A DNA stretch of 64,000 bases from Candidatus Dojkabacteria bacterium (GTDB lineage: Bacteria; Patescibacteriota; Dojkabacteria; SC72; JAFGCJ01). The stretch spans positions 408 through 64,407 of the forward strand of contig JAFGIK010000086.1 of the NCBI GenBank assembly GCA_016929645.1. The letters are read 5' to 3'. How positions within the stretch are numbered: position 1 is the first letter of the stretch; each line of letters starts with the position of its first letter. The notes under the pieces were generated by a model. The model was not told the DNA's origin. It ran no database searches and saw nothing but the letters and a program-made list of their open reading frames with translations. Of the stretch, positions 10,746 to 20,937 are shown piece by piece. Both the position numbers and the translations under genes were made by a program.

Positions 10746-11090
10746 TTAAATATCTATAACCTTTTTATTAAGATTCTTCCCTTTTTCCTCAGGACTATTT
10801 ATCCTTGTTATCAAGTATCTCAAAACCTCTGTAATTCTTGATAATGCAACCTCAATTTCGCTTAAGCCTGAAGATGGAATTTTAAGTTCGTATACAATAT
10901 AATATCCCTCTTCATGCTTCTTTATAGGGTAAGACAAATATCGTTTGCCCCAAACATCTGCACCAACAACATCCCCGCCAAGTTTTTTAACAGCATCTAG
11001 GATTATTGTATGTGCATTTTTTCTAACATCATCTGGAAGAAGTGGCTTAAAAATAACCATCAATTCATATGCCTTCAAATTCTTTTCCAT
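10746..11090 (-). CDS. rpsF: 30S ribosomal protein S6
   Basis: MEKNLKAYELMVIFKP... S6 signature; begins the rpsF-ssb-rpsR operon. Confidence 0.9.
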   Translation of the reverse strand: MEKNLKAYELMVIFKPLLPDDVRKNAHTIILDAVKKLGGDVVGADVWGKRYLSYPIKKHEEGYYIVYELKIPSSGLSEIEVALSRITEVLRYLITRINSPEEKGKNLNKKVIDI

Positions 11091-11259
11091 ATTTTATTCT
11101 TTCATATTTTTATCAATTTATGTCACACCAGTATCTGAAAGGCTGCAGAAATAATAACAGAAATGTAATTTTATATCAAGGGAAATGGGATATATTGGCA
11201 CTTTACTGTTAAAAAATTTAACGATCTATTGCGAAAAAAATACCGTATTTCTCTTAATA

Positions 11260-12378
11260 TCATGCAGCACTGTGAATCAGAATATAATCACCATCCTGGA
11301 TAAGGTACTCCTTACCCTCAACCCTCACCAACCCTTTTTCTTTTGCATTATTCCAACCACCAGAATCAATCATATCTTCGACATTAACAACCTCTGCTCT
11401 AATAAAATTTTGTTCAAAATCAGTATGGATTACTCCAGCAGCCTCTTTAATAGTAGCTCCACTGGCGATAGACCATGACCTTGCATCTTTTTCGTTTCCA
11501 GTAAAAAACGATAATAAGTCTAATCTCCTGTACGCTAGCTTAATAATTTCTTCTACCCCTTTGTAATCATCAATCATAGAAAGAAATTCTTTTTTATCAT
11601 CAGCCTGATAGGAATCAAGTTCACCTTCAAGTTTGCAATCTACTGTTAATATAAAATTGCACTCATCCTCAGGTATATTCTTTTTAAGATCACTTATCCA
11701 TTGTTCAAGCTCAGGTTCATTTACTCCGTTTTTTACATTTAGTAAATAAAATGCCTTTTTGTCAGTCAATAGCCAGAGATCTTTAACAAATTCCCGCTCT
11801 TCTTCAGTTAAATCAATTGATACCACAGGAATCTCATTATTTAGACCCACCGAAACTTTTTCGAGCCCGGAAAGTTGAATTTTCAGGTCATCCGTCATTC
11901 CAGATTTTGTCATTTTTCTTATTTCGTTTAGTTTTTTTTCAACAGTCTCCATATCTTTAAACATCAATTCCGATCTTACAATCTTCAAATCATCAACAGG
12001 ATTAATTTTATCGTAAACATGAGTCACATTCTCACTTTTAAATGATCGAAGAACATACATGATAGCGTTCACTTCACGAATATGACCAAGAAATTGATTT
12101 CCAAGCCCTTCCCCTTTTGATGCACCTTTAACGAGTCCTGCAATATCTACAAAGGTCATTGCAGAAGGAATTTTCTCTGCCGAGTTATAAAATGCAGCAA
12201 GCTTTTCGAGTCTTTTGTCAGGAATCTTCACAACCCCAACATTTTTGTCAATCGTACAAAATGGATAATTCTCTGCAGGAACTGCACTTTTGGTCAATGC
12301 ATTAAAAATCGTCGATTTCCCCGAATTTGGCAATCCTACAATCCCAATAGATAAATTGTGAGATCTTGTTACTGACAT
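11260..12378 (-). CDS. ychF: ribosome-binding ATPase YchF (Obg-family GTPase)
   Basis: P-loop IGIVGLPNSGKSTIFNALT, a G3 DxxG motif (VDIAG), C-terminal TGS-like domain; 372 aa. Confidence 0.9.
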   Translation of the reverse strand: MSVTRSHNLSIGIVGLPNSGKSTIFNALTKSAVPAENYPFCTIDKNVGVVKIPDKRLEKLAAFYNSAEKIPSAMTFVDIAGLVKGASKGEGLGNQFLGHIREVNAIMYVLRSFKSENVTHVYDKINPVDDLKIVRSELMFKDMETVEKKLNEIRKMTKSGMTDDLKIQLSGLEKVSVGLNNEIPVVSIDLTEEEREFVKDLWLLTDKKAFYLLNVKNGVNEPELEQWISDLKKNIPEDECNFILTVDCKLEGELDSYQADDKKEFLSMIDDYKGVEEIIKLAYRRLDLLSFFTGNEKDARSWSIASGATIKEAAGVIHTDFEQNFIRAEVVNVEDMIDSGGWNNAKEKGLVRVEGKEYLIQDGDYILIHSAA

Positions 12379-12587
12379 ATATAATATGTATAGATATTAA
12401 TGTATAAAATTTGCTTAATTCATATTAACAGTTAATACAAATTGCCTAATTTTACTATAAAATTAACGTTTACGTAAGAAAGTATACTATTGATGTATCC
12501 TGACTTGTTAAAAATTGTCATTTTTTAGCGAAAATCCTCGTAATATAGGCCGTTTCCTCACATAAATATACACTTATCTGCTAATAT

Positions 12588-14435
12588 ATGTACATGCGAT
12601 TGGAAATCAAAGCTAAAAAGTTACCGCTACAGTTACTAACCTTTGTATTACTGGCTTTATTAATTATCCCTTTATTCAGGACAAAGGCTTATGCATCAGA
12701 TTTTCTTATAACAATAAACAGAACATACACATATGAACCAGAACAAGAACTAATTCATATAGAAGAAACACGAAATATTCAAAGTTTTTCTAACGCATAC
12801 TATATTAAACAAGATTCTACCGAATCCTTTGTTATACAAAACTTCAAAGAGGGTGTTTCTCAAGAGGAACTTGATATAAAAAAGAACTCAATCTCAGTTT
12901 CAAGCCCAACCTACGGTGAACTTAGCCATAAGGTAGAGCAACAAGGAGATGAGCTAATTGTGACGGCAAGATATCCAACTGACGTTACGGCAGACAAATC
13001 TGTAAGTTTCACTCTCGAATACGATTCAAACGAGTTAATTGAAAATATTGGAAAGATTACAAATATTTATATTCCAGGCTTCAAAGAGGATCAAGAAGAT
13101 ATCACCATAAATCCAGAAAACGGTTTATCAACAGAAGTTTCATATAATACAATTTTAAAGATACCCCAAAACGAAGATCTCGTTATACACTCTGCACCAG
13201 AACCAACAAAGATTTACAATGATTCAGGGTTCAAGGTATATGAATATTCGACAGATATCCTAAAAGGAAAATCCGTATGGTATCAAATGGGAAATGAGCA
13301 ACTCTATTTCTTCAAAATAGTACAACCTACAACAAAGACAGACAACTTGACCCCAGAAAATATTAATTTTCTATCAAAAAATGAATATCAAGTTGTACTT
13401 CCCAGAGAATATGAAGAAACAAACCAGAAAGTTTACTTTTCAAAACTAGACCCCTACCCTAATGAAATTTTTACAGATAATGAGGGAAACCTCATTGCTA
13501 AATTCCTTGTCGACGCTAATAAATCTTCACAGATTGTTATTGAAGGTTATATAACGATAAATTTGAATAAAAATAGCGAAGATTACCCCAAAGATGTACC
13601 TTCGAATGTAGATATAAGTGAAATTAATACATTTTCAGATGTAGATAAATATTTACAGCCATCTGAGTACTGGGAAGTAGATAACTCTCAAATACAAGAT
13701 AAAGCTCAGGAACTAAAAGGTGACAAATCAAATATTATGGAAATCTTAAAAGCTGACTATAAATTTATAATTGAATCCATCGACTATGATGATTTTAAAT
13801 TTGGTGACGCAAACACGAGACAAGGAGCTGTCGCTACTCTTAACGGAGGCAATTCAGTATGCATGGAATATTCAGATTTACTTATAGCAATAAGTCGCGC
13901 GCAGGGTATCCCTGCGCGCGCAGCCTACGGTTACGGCTTTGACCCTAAACTTGCTGCAGACAATCAAGAAGAGCACCAATGGGTTCAGGTATGGATCCCA
14001 GACTATGGCTGGCTAACAATTGACCCCACTTGGGGTGAAACCGGACGCGAATTTTTTGGCAAAGACATTGACCATGTCCTATGGTATGTTGCAGCGGAAC
14101 ATCCAAACATCCCAGCTCCTATTGAAGTTTTATCTTCTACTAAAAATGTTAGTATCAAACCAATCCAGATTGAATTTTATGCAGTTGAAGAAATCTCAAA
14201 TCCCAATGATCTCATGGACTTGAATGAATTAAAAAACGAAATTGAAAACTCAAGTACCAATGAGACAACAAAAATCATACAAGTCAGTCCACTTGGAAGA
14301 AGCTTTGCGATAGTAGCACCAAGCTGCATTGGCGGAATTATATTAATCTTATGTTTAAGAATTATTTCAAGATTGATTTCTAGAAAATATGCTAAAAAAA
14401 AGGACTTTGATAATTTGATAAAAAAGAAAACATAA
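12588..14435 (+). CDS. transglutaminase-like cysteine protease domain surface protein (signal peptide, C-terminal TM anchor)
   Basis: Cys-His-Asp core: GGNSVCMEYSDL...EEHQWVQVWIPDYGWLTIDPTWGE. N-terminal signal sequence. C-terminal hydrophobic segment plus KK-rich tail. Confidence 0.75.
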   Translation: MYMRLEIKAKKLPLQLLTFVLLALLIIPLFRTKAYASDFLITINRTYTYEPEQELIHIEETRNIQSFSNAYYIKQDSTESFVIQNFKEGVSQEELDIKKNSISVSSPTYGELSHKVEQQGDELIVTARYPTDVTADKSVSFTLEYDSNELIENIGKITNIYIPGFKEDQEDITINPENGLSTEVSYNTILKIPQNEDLVIHSAPEPTKIYNDSGFKVYEYSTDILKGKSVWYQMGNEQLYFFKIVQPTTKTDNLTPENINFLSKNEYQVVLPREYEETNQKVYFSKLDPYPNEIFTDNEGNLIAKFLVDANKSSQIVIEGYITINLNKNSEDYPKDVPSNVDISEINTFSDVDKYLQPSEYWEVDNSQIQDKAQELKGDKSNIMEILKADYKFIIESIDYDDFKFGDANTRQGAVATLNGGNSVCMEYSDLLIAISRAQGIPARAAYGYGFDPKLAADNQEEHQWVQVWIPDYGWLTIDPTWGETGREFFGKDIDHVLWYVAAEHPNIPAPIEVLSSTKNVSIKPIQIEFYAVEEISNPNDLMDLNELKNEIENSSTNETTKIIQVSPLGRSFAIVAPSCIGGIILILCLRIISRLISRKYAKKKDFDNLIKKKT

Positions 14436-14555
14436 TTGAGATACAACACAAACAAAATAACGCATACAGCAAACGAAGTGATATACAATCAACAAATGTT
14501 GGTTTACAGATAATTTCCAAAATGGTACTATACAGAAATTTCAAAAAATCTATCA

Positions 14556-16247
14556 ATGGATAAATTTCTCAAAATTTTAAAAAAACTTCAGAACTTAACA
14601 CAAAAACATTTCACTGATAAACCATATCTATTACCTCTTTCAATTTCATTGTTAGTATTAATAATCGGCCTATTGATTTTCAGGGACTATGGAATGCCCT
14701 GGGATGAAGGATATTGTATTAATAGAGGTGCACTAAATCTGAAATATGCCCTTTTTGGCGATATGACATTGCTTAACTTTAAAGGAAGATATCATGGGCC
14801 ATTTTTAGAAATGGTATTCCATGTCATTTACAGATTTCTTGGTGCAGAAGATATACGAATGATCTTATACGTCAGACATTTACTCTTATTTGCATTATTT
14901 TGTGCCAGTGCATACTTTATTTATCAAATAACATTCAAAATAACACAAAAGAAAAATACATCCCTATTATCAATGTTTATATATATCCTAAGTCCGCGAA
15001 TATTTGCGGAGGCTTTCTATAATTCAAAAGATATAGGATTCATGATATTTCTCGTTTTTGGTATTGCTAGCTTATTTTATGCAATTGATTCGACCCCTCA
15101 AAAGCAACGACTAAACCTGATAATTGTAGGGATCCTTTCTGGAATAGTAATGAGCATCAGAATTCAGGGAGCATTATTAATAGGATTCACATATATTTTC
15201 ATCATAATCCAATTTTTAAGAAAAGATCAGAACAAAATAAAAATATTTATTAATGGATTAACATATACAATTGTATGGATGTTATGTATGTATACAGTAA
15301 CACCGTTACTCTGGGGACATCCAATAAATAACACAATAGACATGTTTAACACTATGAAAAGTTATCCTTGGTATGGAAATATGTTGTATTTGAATCATCT
15401 ATACAAGTCAACAGATCTACCATGGCACTATTTACCCATGTGGATATTTGCCACTACACCAATACTATATAGCATCGGTGTAATTTTTGGATCAATAAGC
15501 TTAACTGTAACCTCAATTAGAAAAGATTTAAAAAAGATCTTTGCTGATAATTCATTTATAAAAAAACTAATTGTGATTTTATGGTTATTCATGCCACCAA
15601 TTCTAATACTTGCGATGAAAGTTGTAATATACGATGGATGGAGACATATGTACTTCATATACCCTGCTTTTGCAATAATCTCAGCTATCGGATTGGCCAC
15701 AATATATAGAAATATTCAAAAAAAATTAGCAGTAGAATCCAGGAAAGTATCCTCTATTATAATGAAAGCTTCATTATTTATATCGTTCATATTAACAATA
15801 TCGTTCATATTAACAATATCGTTCATGGTTATTAATCACCCATTTGAAAACGTCTACTTCAATCCGATTTTCAGCTATAACATGCAGGAGAATGCGAAAA
15901 AGAATTTTGAACTCGATTACTGGGGATTATCTTATTACCAGGCACTTCAATATATTGTAGAACATGATAATTCAGACGAGATAAGAATTATTGGTACGAA
16001 TCCGCCAATGATTAACAATTTTAACATGATAGATTTCAACAACAGACAAAGATTGATCAACGAAACAGATGTTCACAATGCTGATTACTTTATAGGTATG
16101 TACAGAGCTATGGAAAACGAAGAATATGACCTTGGAAGGATTCCTCACGAAGAGTTTTACAGCATAAAGGTTGGAAATGCCAAGATAATAGTCATATACA
16201 AACTAGATAACGATCAATATAATGATCGTATCAAACAAGGCAAGTAG
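14556..16247 (+). CDS. GT-C fold membrane glycosyltransferase (ArnT/PMT-like, many TM helices)
   Basis: About 12 predicted TM segments; early-loop acidic motif (PWDEGY) as in GT39/GT83 enzymes; large C-terminal soluble domain. Confidence 0.55.
   Translation: MDKFLKILKKLQNLTQKHFTDKPYLLPLSISLLVLIIGLLIFRDYGMPWDEGYCINRGALNLKYALFGDMTLLNFKGRYHGPFLEMVFHVIYRFLGAEDIRMILYVRHLLLFALFCASAYFIYQITFKITQKKNTSLLSMFIYILSPRIFAEAFYNSKDIGFMIFLVFGIASLFYAIDSTPQKQRLNLIIVGILSGIVMSIRIQGALLIGFTYIFIIIQFLRKDQNKIKIFINGLTYTIVWMLCMYTVTPLLWGHPINNTIDMFNTMKSYPWYGNMLYLNHLYKSTDLPWHYLPMWIFATTPILYSIGVIFGSISLTVTSIRKDLKKIFADNSFIKKLIVILWLFMPPILILAMKVVIYDGWRHMYFIYPAFAIISAIGLATIYRNIQKKLAVESRKVSSIIMKASLFISFILTISFILTISFMVINHPFENVYFNPIFSYNMQENAKKNFELDYWGLSYYQALQYIVEHDNSDEIRIIGTNPPMINNFNMIDFNNRQRLINETDVHNADYFIGMYRAMENEEYDLGRIPHEEFYSIKVGNAKIIVIYKLDNDQYNDRIKQGK
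15781..15828 (+). repeat. 18-bp in-frame tandem repeat (about 2.6 copies; unit TATCGTTCATATTAACAA) inside the GT-C gene
   Basis: Seen directly: unit repeated perfectly twice, then a partial copy; encodes ISFILT-ISFILT-ISFM in a TM segment. Confidence 0.9.
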
Positions 16248-16265
16248 ATCCCTAAGACATATAAA

Positions 16266-17780
16266 TTACTCAATCTCAATAAACTCGCCTTCCTTTTTCA
16301 AAACCTCTGTACCAATATCCAAACGCTCTTTGCCTGTTGCATATAATGTAACAATTGTTTCCCCAGTTTTCACAGTTTGGCCACGAAGTTTATGAAAATA
16401 TAGCCCTGCCTCCTTGATAAACGGAGCACCAAGTGCACGAGCAATGTTCACAACCTGTTTATTCCCAATTCGAGAAATCACTCCGTTTTTCGTAGCCTTC
16501 ACATCATAGGTATACTTCGCAAGAATAAGCTCATCCGATTTTACTTTTTTAGTTGCTCCCTGAGCAAAAGCGATACTCCAGAATTTTTCTGCGGCTTCCC
16601 CACTTTCAAGTTTGGCACGAGCAAGTTTCTCTCCTTCTCCAGGAGCACAAACTTCGCTAAGTTCTAGTAACCTACCAGCCATCTCAATAGCAACTCCTTC
16701 AAGAACCATTGGTCTCAAAGGATCTCTTTCAAAAATTCTCAATAAATCACGCATTTCTAAAAGTGGCCCTACCCCATATCCATCAGGACCTAAAGACTCA
16801 CGAGTAAATACATCTACTTTGATATTGAATTTCTGACATAACTTTTGAAAACTTTGCGTCACTAATTCAGCTTCCTCTCTGCTATGAAGCTTTGCTCCAT
16901 CTCCATACGGAATGTCAATTAACAAATGAGTAATTTTCATAGCTAGTTTTTTGGCAATTATACTGACTAGGAATTTATCATTTGATTCAATATTCAACGG
17001 ACGTTCAAGATTAATCAGAATGTCATCTGCAGGAGCAAGATCAAAACCACCACCCCAGACAAGACACGCTCTCTCTTTTTTCATAACTTCATATATTTTT
17101 TCCTTAGTCAAAGCAACCGGCATTACAACCTCCAACATATCAGAGGTGCCTGCAGGAGTTGTAATTGCACGTGAAGCAGTATTCGGCACAACAACATCAT
17201 CGAAAAGTGCAACTATTGGCACCAAAATCGGAGTTACACCTTTAGAAGGAATACCACCAATTGAGTGTTTATCAATTATCTTTCGATCAGGCTTTCCTTC
17301 GCTAAAATCCATAATATCTCCAGTTTCTGCCATAGATTTTGTCATATAATACACTTCCTCTTCATCAAATCCTGGATTAAAAGAAGTTGCAGCAAAATAT
17401 GTCATCATTACCGTACTCAACCTCCTGTTAGAGATGTCATCCATTATTTCATGAATCTCTTCGTAGGTAAGTTTTTGTCCTTTTATCTTCTTTCTTATAT
17501 ATGCTTCAGATTTTGGTGGCTCAGGTATTGTAATACTGCACAAATCATCTGCTGGAATATTATACTTATCCCAAACTTCATTAAACATTCCAATTTCACC
17601 AGAATTTACAAGACTATCACTGATATCAACACTTACATAAAGACAAACATCTTTCCAACATAAATAAACTTTATGTCCATTTGGAATTGCAAATTCAGCA
17701 GAATCCTTAGAATTAAGAACAACAACAAGTGGATCACCAGCAGAAACATCTAGTTTTTTCGACTTAAGATAGAAAGCCAT
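16266..17780 (-). CDS. AMP phosphorylase (thymidine-phosphorylase family, archaeal DeoA-like)
   Basis: Family II pyrimidine-nucleoside phosphorylase fold. The N-terminal extension and the MAETGD region align with archaeal AMP phosphorylase (AMPpase). Adjacent to RuBisCO and R15P isomerase. Confidence 0.8.
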   Translation of the reverse strand: MAFYLKSKKLDVSAGDPLVVVLNSKDSAEFAIPNGHKVYLCWKDVCLYVSVDISDSLVNSGEIGMFNEVWDKYNIPADDLCSITIPEPPKSEAYIRKKIKGQKLTYEEIHEIMDDISNRRLSTVMMTYFAATSFNPGFDEEEVYYMTKSMAETGDIMDFSEGKPDRKIIDKHSIGGIPSKGVTPILVPIVALFDDVVVPNTASRAITTPAGTSDMLEVVMPVALTKEKIYEVMKKERACLVWGGGFDLAPADDILINLERPLNIESNDKFLVSIIAKKLAMKITHLLIDIPYGDGAKLHSREEAELVTQSFQKLCQKFNIKVDVFTRESLGPDGYGVGPLLEMRDLLRIFERDPLRPMVLEGVAIEMAGRLLELSEVCAPGEGEKLARAKLESGEAAEKFWSIAFAQGATKKVKSDELILAKYTYDVKATKNGVISRIGNKQVVNIARALGAPFIKEAGLYFHKLRGQTVKTGETIVTLYATGKERLDIGTEVLKKEGEFIEIE

Positions 17781-17830
17781 TTAGACTTTATTAAAAAATT
17801 ATTAACTTGAATCATCAAGAAAATCAAATA

Positions 17831-19144
17831 CTACATCAGACCCTCTGTCAATCCATACGTATAGGTAATTAATGAGTTATTTTTAGGAACCAACAACGAT
17901 TCATCTTTGTATACACCCCACTTATCAATTGCCCGTTGTAGTTCTTTATGATCTTTAGCATATTCGTTCAAATCAATTTTGGCAATAGAGGCATCAACAG
18001 CCTGAGATGCTGCAATCGCTCCACTCTTTGTACCATCTGGATGACCATGAATACCGCCACCGAGATTAATAATGACATCATTGCCAATCAATTCAATCAT
18101 CTTTTGCAATAATCCAGGATGTACACCACCAGAAGCAATTGGCATAGTCTTCTTTAAATTACCCCATTCACATCTCATTGCATTATTAATTGCAGAGACT
18201 TCCTCTTCTCCACCATGCATTTTTCCAATAATTGTCCCTGTATGTAGCTGATCTATACCACAAATCCTTGCAGTTTTAGCTATTGGCAACATTGCTATAC
18301 CATGTTTGGTTGAGTGGGTAAATGCTCCATGCATCGCACGATGTCCATGAAGAACCAATCCTGTATTTTGATCACGAATATATTGTACCCCAGCAAAACC
18401 GACAGTCAGAATATCCATCATAACAGCAATGCCACCCTGAGCTTTAACAAATTCAGCTCGCTTAAGCATGTCTGATGCCTGTGCACTAATATTTGGTACA
18501 TACATCTTCTTTTCACCAGTGATATCTTCAGCTTTTCGAAGCATAGCAAGAGTCTTAACTACACGCTCCTCAAATGGATTGAATGATTGATTGGAGAGAT
18601 TTTCATCATCCTTAACAACCTGAACTCCACCAACCCATGCATCAAATGCTACAGAGGCATGTCTATCAGCATCTAATCCAACCTTTGGTTTAATTATTGT
18701 CCCAAGAAGTGGTCGTTCAGGAATTCCTAATAACTTTCTGATACCACTAATACCAAATGCTGGTCCATCAAATGTCCTAAGATAAGCCTTAGGAAATATA
18801 ATATCTCTAACCCGCAAGTTGATTATTTCATTCATACCAAACACATTACCAGCAACATCAGACAATAACTGTGGTATATTTTCAGCTTCAAATAAACCTA
18901 AGGGGTAGGCAATCTTAACAATATGCTCTTCTTCATTAGCATAAAAAATTCTCGCGCCCAAACGTGTCATTATATCAGCATCCATCGTGGATAAATCAGT
19001 CCATGTACCAATAGATGATTCTGCTGCCAAAGCCTCAGCAACCTCAAGGATACTTTTGTCAGATTCTACATAAAACTCAGTAATTATATATTTATCAACA
19101 TCTATGTTTTCTCCAAGATGCAGATAACTTTGTTTTCCGTACAT
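17831..19144 (-). CDS. rbcL: ribulose-1,5-bisphosphate carboxylase large subunit, form III-like (II/III)
   Basis: RuBisCO motifs GTIIKPKVGLD, VGGVQVVKDDENL and GGGIHGHP; 437 aa, no small subunit gene. Confidence 0.88.
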   Translation of the reverse strand: MYGKQSYLHLGENIDVDKYIITEFYVESDKSILEVAEALAAESSIGTWTDLSTMDADIMTRLGARIFYANEEEHIVKIAYPLGLFEAENIPQLLSDVAGNVFGMNEIINLRVRDIIFPKAYLRTFDGPAFGISGIRKLLGIPERPLLGTIIKPKVGLDADRHASVAFDAWVGGVQVVKDDENLSNQSFNPFEERVVKTLAMLRKAEDITGEKKMYVPNISAQASDMLKRAEFVKAQGGIAVMMDILTVGFAGVQYIRDQNTGLVLHGHRAMHGAFTHSTKHGIAMLPIAKTARICGIDQLHTGTIIGKMHGGEEEVSAINNAMRCEWGNLKKTMPIASGGVHPGLLQKMIELIGNDVIINLGGGIHGHPDGTKSGAIAASQAVDASIAKIDLNEYAKDHKELQRAIDKWGVYKDESLLVPKNNSLITYTYGLTEGLM

Positions 19145-19213
19145 AAGTTTTTTAATTAGAATTTAATTAATTAATCACATATAATTCTTAACTTTCCGAA
19201 ATACTACAAAAAA

Positions 19214-20209
19214 TTACCACATCCATTCATAATACTTGTTCATAGTCTCTTCGAGATCCTCAGGTTTGATAATTCCAAACTCGGTTACAAAACCAGTAAC
19301 AAATTGATGAGGAACAACCTCGAAAGCAGGATTAACAACAAGAACTTTTTCCGGTGCCTCGTCCCAAACCTCTTTAGGATCCCTCATTTCAATTTTCGGC
19401 TTAAGATATATGCTAGAAGGCTCCATCTTAAGAAGAGAGCCTACAACATATAATGGTTTACTAGCAAAATGACATGCAAGACCAATTCCAAAGCTACCTA
19501 CTTTATTTATTAAACTTCCATCAAAGTTTATTTGATCACATCCAATAAACACGGCATCCACAGGAATATCCCAGTCACCCCACTTACCCATAATATCACT
19601 TGCTTTCCATTCACCAGAGATAAATGACTCAACAGCACCATCTGCGATTAGTAATACCTCAATACCAGCCTTTGCAAGATTCGAAGCCGTAATTCTGCCT
19701 TGATAACGAGGACGAGTTTCTGTAGCAACAATAGAAAACCACTCCTTTTCCTTTTTCATTGAAACAATACCTTTAATCATATTCTCTACGGTTGAGGAAT
19801 GACAATGGGTAACTATACCATTAATATTATGGAAATTTTCAACACCAACCTTCACGATCTGAGCCTTAGTACTATCAAGTATTTTGATGAAATCATCCAT
19901 TACTACTGCAAGCTTTTCACAAGCAGTATCAATATCTTTTATTTCCGGGAATTTTATTTTATATGTATTCATTAAATATTTGAGACCATTTCTTGCTAAT
20001 GGCTCATTTGGTCTTGCATTAACTAACGACAAACCAACTTTTTCTACATCAGATATAAATACATCATAGTTTTTTCCCTTATGATTTAAAGAATCTTTCA
20101 AATAAATTTTAATTCCATCAAAACAAGCTTCTGCAACAGCAGTAGCACCTTGAATCTTCAGAGATTCAATATCACTAATAATTTGTTTTATATTAGAAGG
20201 AACTTCCAT
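19214..20209 (-). CDS. ribose-1,5-bisphosphate isomerase (eIF-2B alpha/beta/delta-like family)
   Basis: e2b2/MtnA-family fold, 331 aa, third member of the AMP-phosphorylase/RuBisCO cluster. Confidence 0.75.
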   Translation of the reverse strand: MEVPSNIKQIISDIESLKIQGATAVAEACFDGIKIYLKDSLNHKGKNYDVFISDVEKVGLSLVNARPNEPLARNGLKYLMNTYKIKFPEIKDIDTACEKLAVVMDDFIKILDSTKAQIVKVGVENFHNINGIVTHCHSSTVENMIKGIVSMKKEKEWFSIVATETRPRYQGRITASNLAKAGIEVLLIADGAVESFISGEWKASDIMGKWGDWDIPVDAVFIGCDQINFDGSLINKVGSFGIGLACHFASKPLYVVGSLLKMEPSSIYLKPKIEMRDPKEVWDEAPEKVLVVNPAFEVVPHQFVTGFVTEFGIIKPEDLEETMNKYYEWMW

Positions 20210-20226
20210 ATTAATTAATCGATAAA

Positions 20227-20937
20227 TTATTTACGAAGTAATTCATTACATATACGATAATCATCTATTACCAGATCTGCACTATTTACAACCGTTTCAT
20301 TCCAATTTTCGTTTGATATTCCGACACAAAAAAGACCAGCATCTTTTGCTGCTTCGATCCCAAACATAGAATCCTCAAATACTATACTATCAGTTCTTGA
20401 AGCCCGAAGTCTACTGACAATAGTTACATAAATTTCTCCGTCAGGTTTGCCTAACCTTACGTCTTCTGCCGTTATGACAAGATCGAAAAGACTAGTAATA
20501 TTCAAACGTTTCAAAATCATGTCCGTAAAAATTTTCCTGGTAGAAGTTCCAAGAGCAATATACTTACCATTTACTTTAAGTGTATTTAGGAATTCGGACG
20601 CACCTTCAATCATGGACACCATTGAATCAAAATTATTATCCAAATTGTACTTCTTAATTTTTAAAAATTCATTACTAAGTTTTTCCGGACTGACCATTTG
20701 GTCATTTATATCATTATTTTCCAGAAAGGAACGAAAGCCATCAACGCTTCTTCTGCCTGCAAATAGATCAATATAATCCTTGATGTTTATATTAACAGAT
20801 AAAGGTTTTAGAACTTCACGAAAAGTCTCAAAGTTCAATTTCTCTAAATCCACAAGTGTCCCATCAAGATCAAATATGAAGAACTTTTTATTTTTCAAAA
20901 GATTTTTAAGCAAATTTTCATCCAATTTCATCATCAA
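20227..20937 (-). CDS. HAD-superfamily hydrolase (beta-phosphoglucomutase-like)
   Basis: Motif I FIFDLDGTLVD, motif III K, motif IV FEDSMFGIEAAKDAG. Confidence 0.8.
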   Translation of the reverse strand: MMMKLDENLLKNLLKNKKFFIFDLDGTLVDLEKLNFETFREVLKPLSVNINIKDYIDLFAGRRSVDGFRSFLENNDINDQMVSPEKLSNEFLKIKKYNLDNNFDSMVSMIEGASEFLNTLKVNGKYIALGTSTRKIFTDMILKRLNITSLFDLVITAEDVRLGKPDGEIYVTIVSRLRASRTDSIVFEDSMFGIEAAKDAGLFCVGISNENWNETVVNSADLVIDDYRICNELLRK

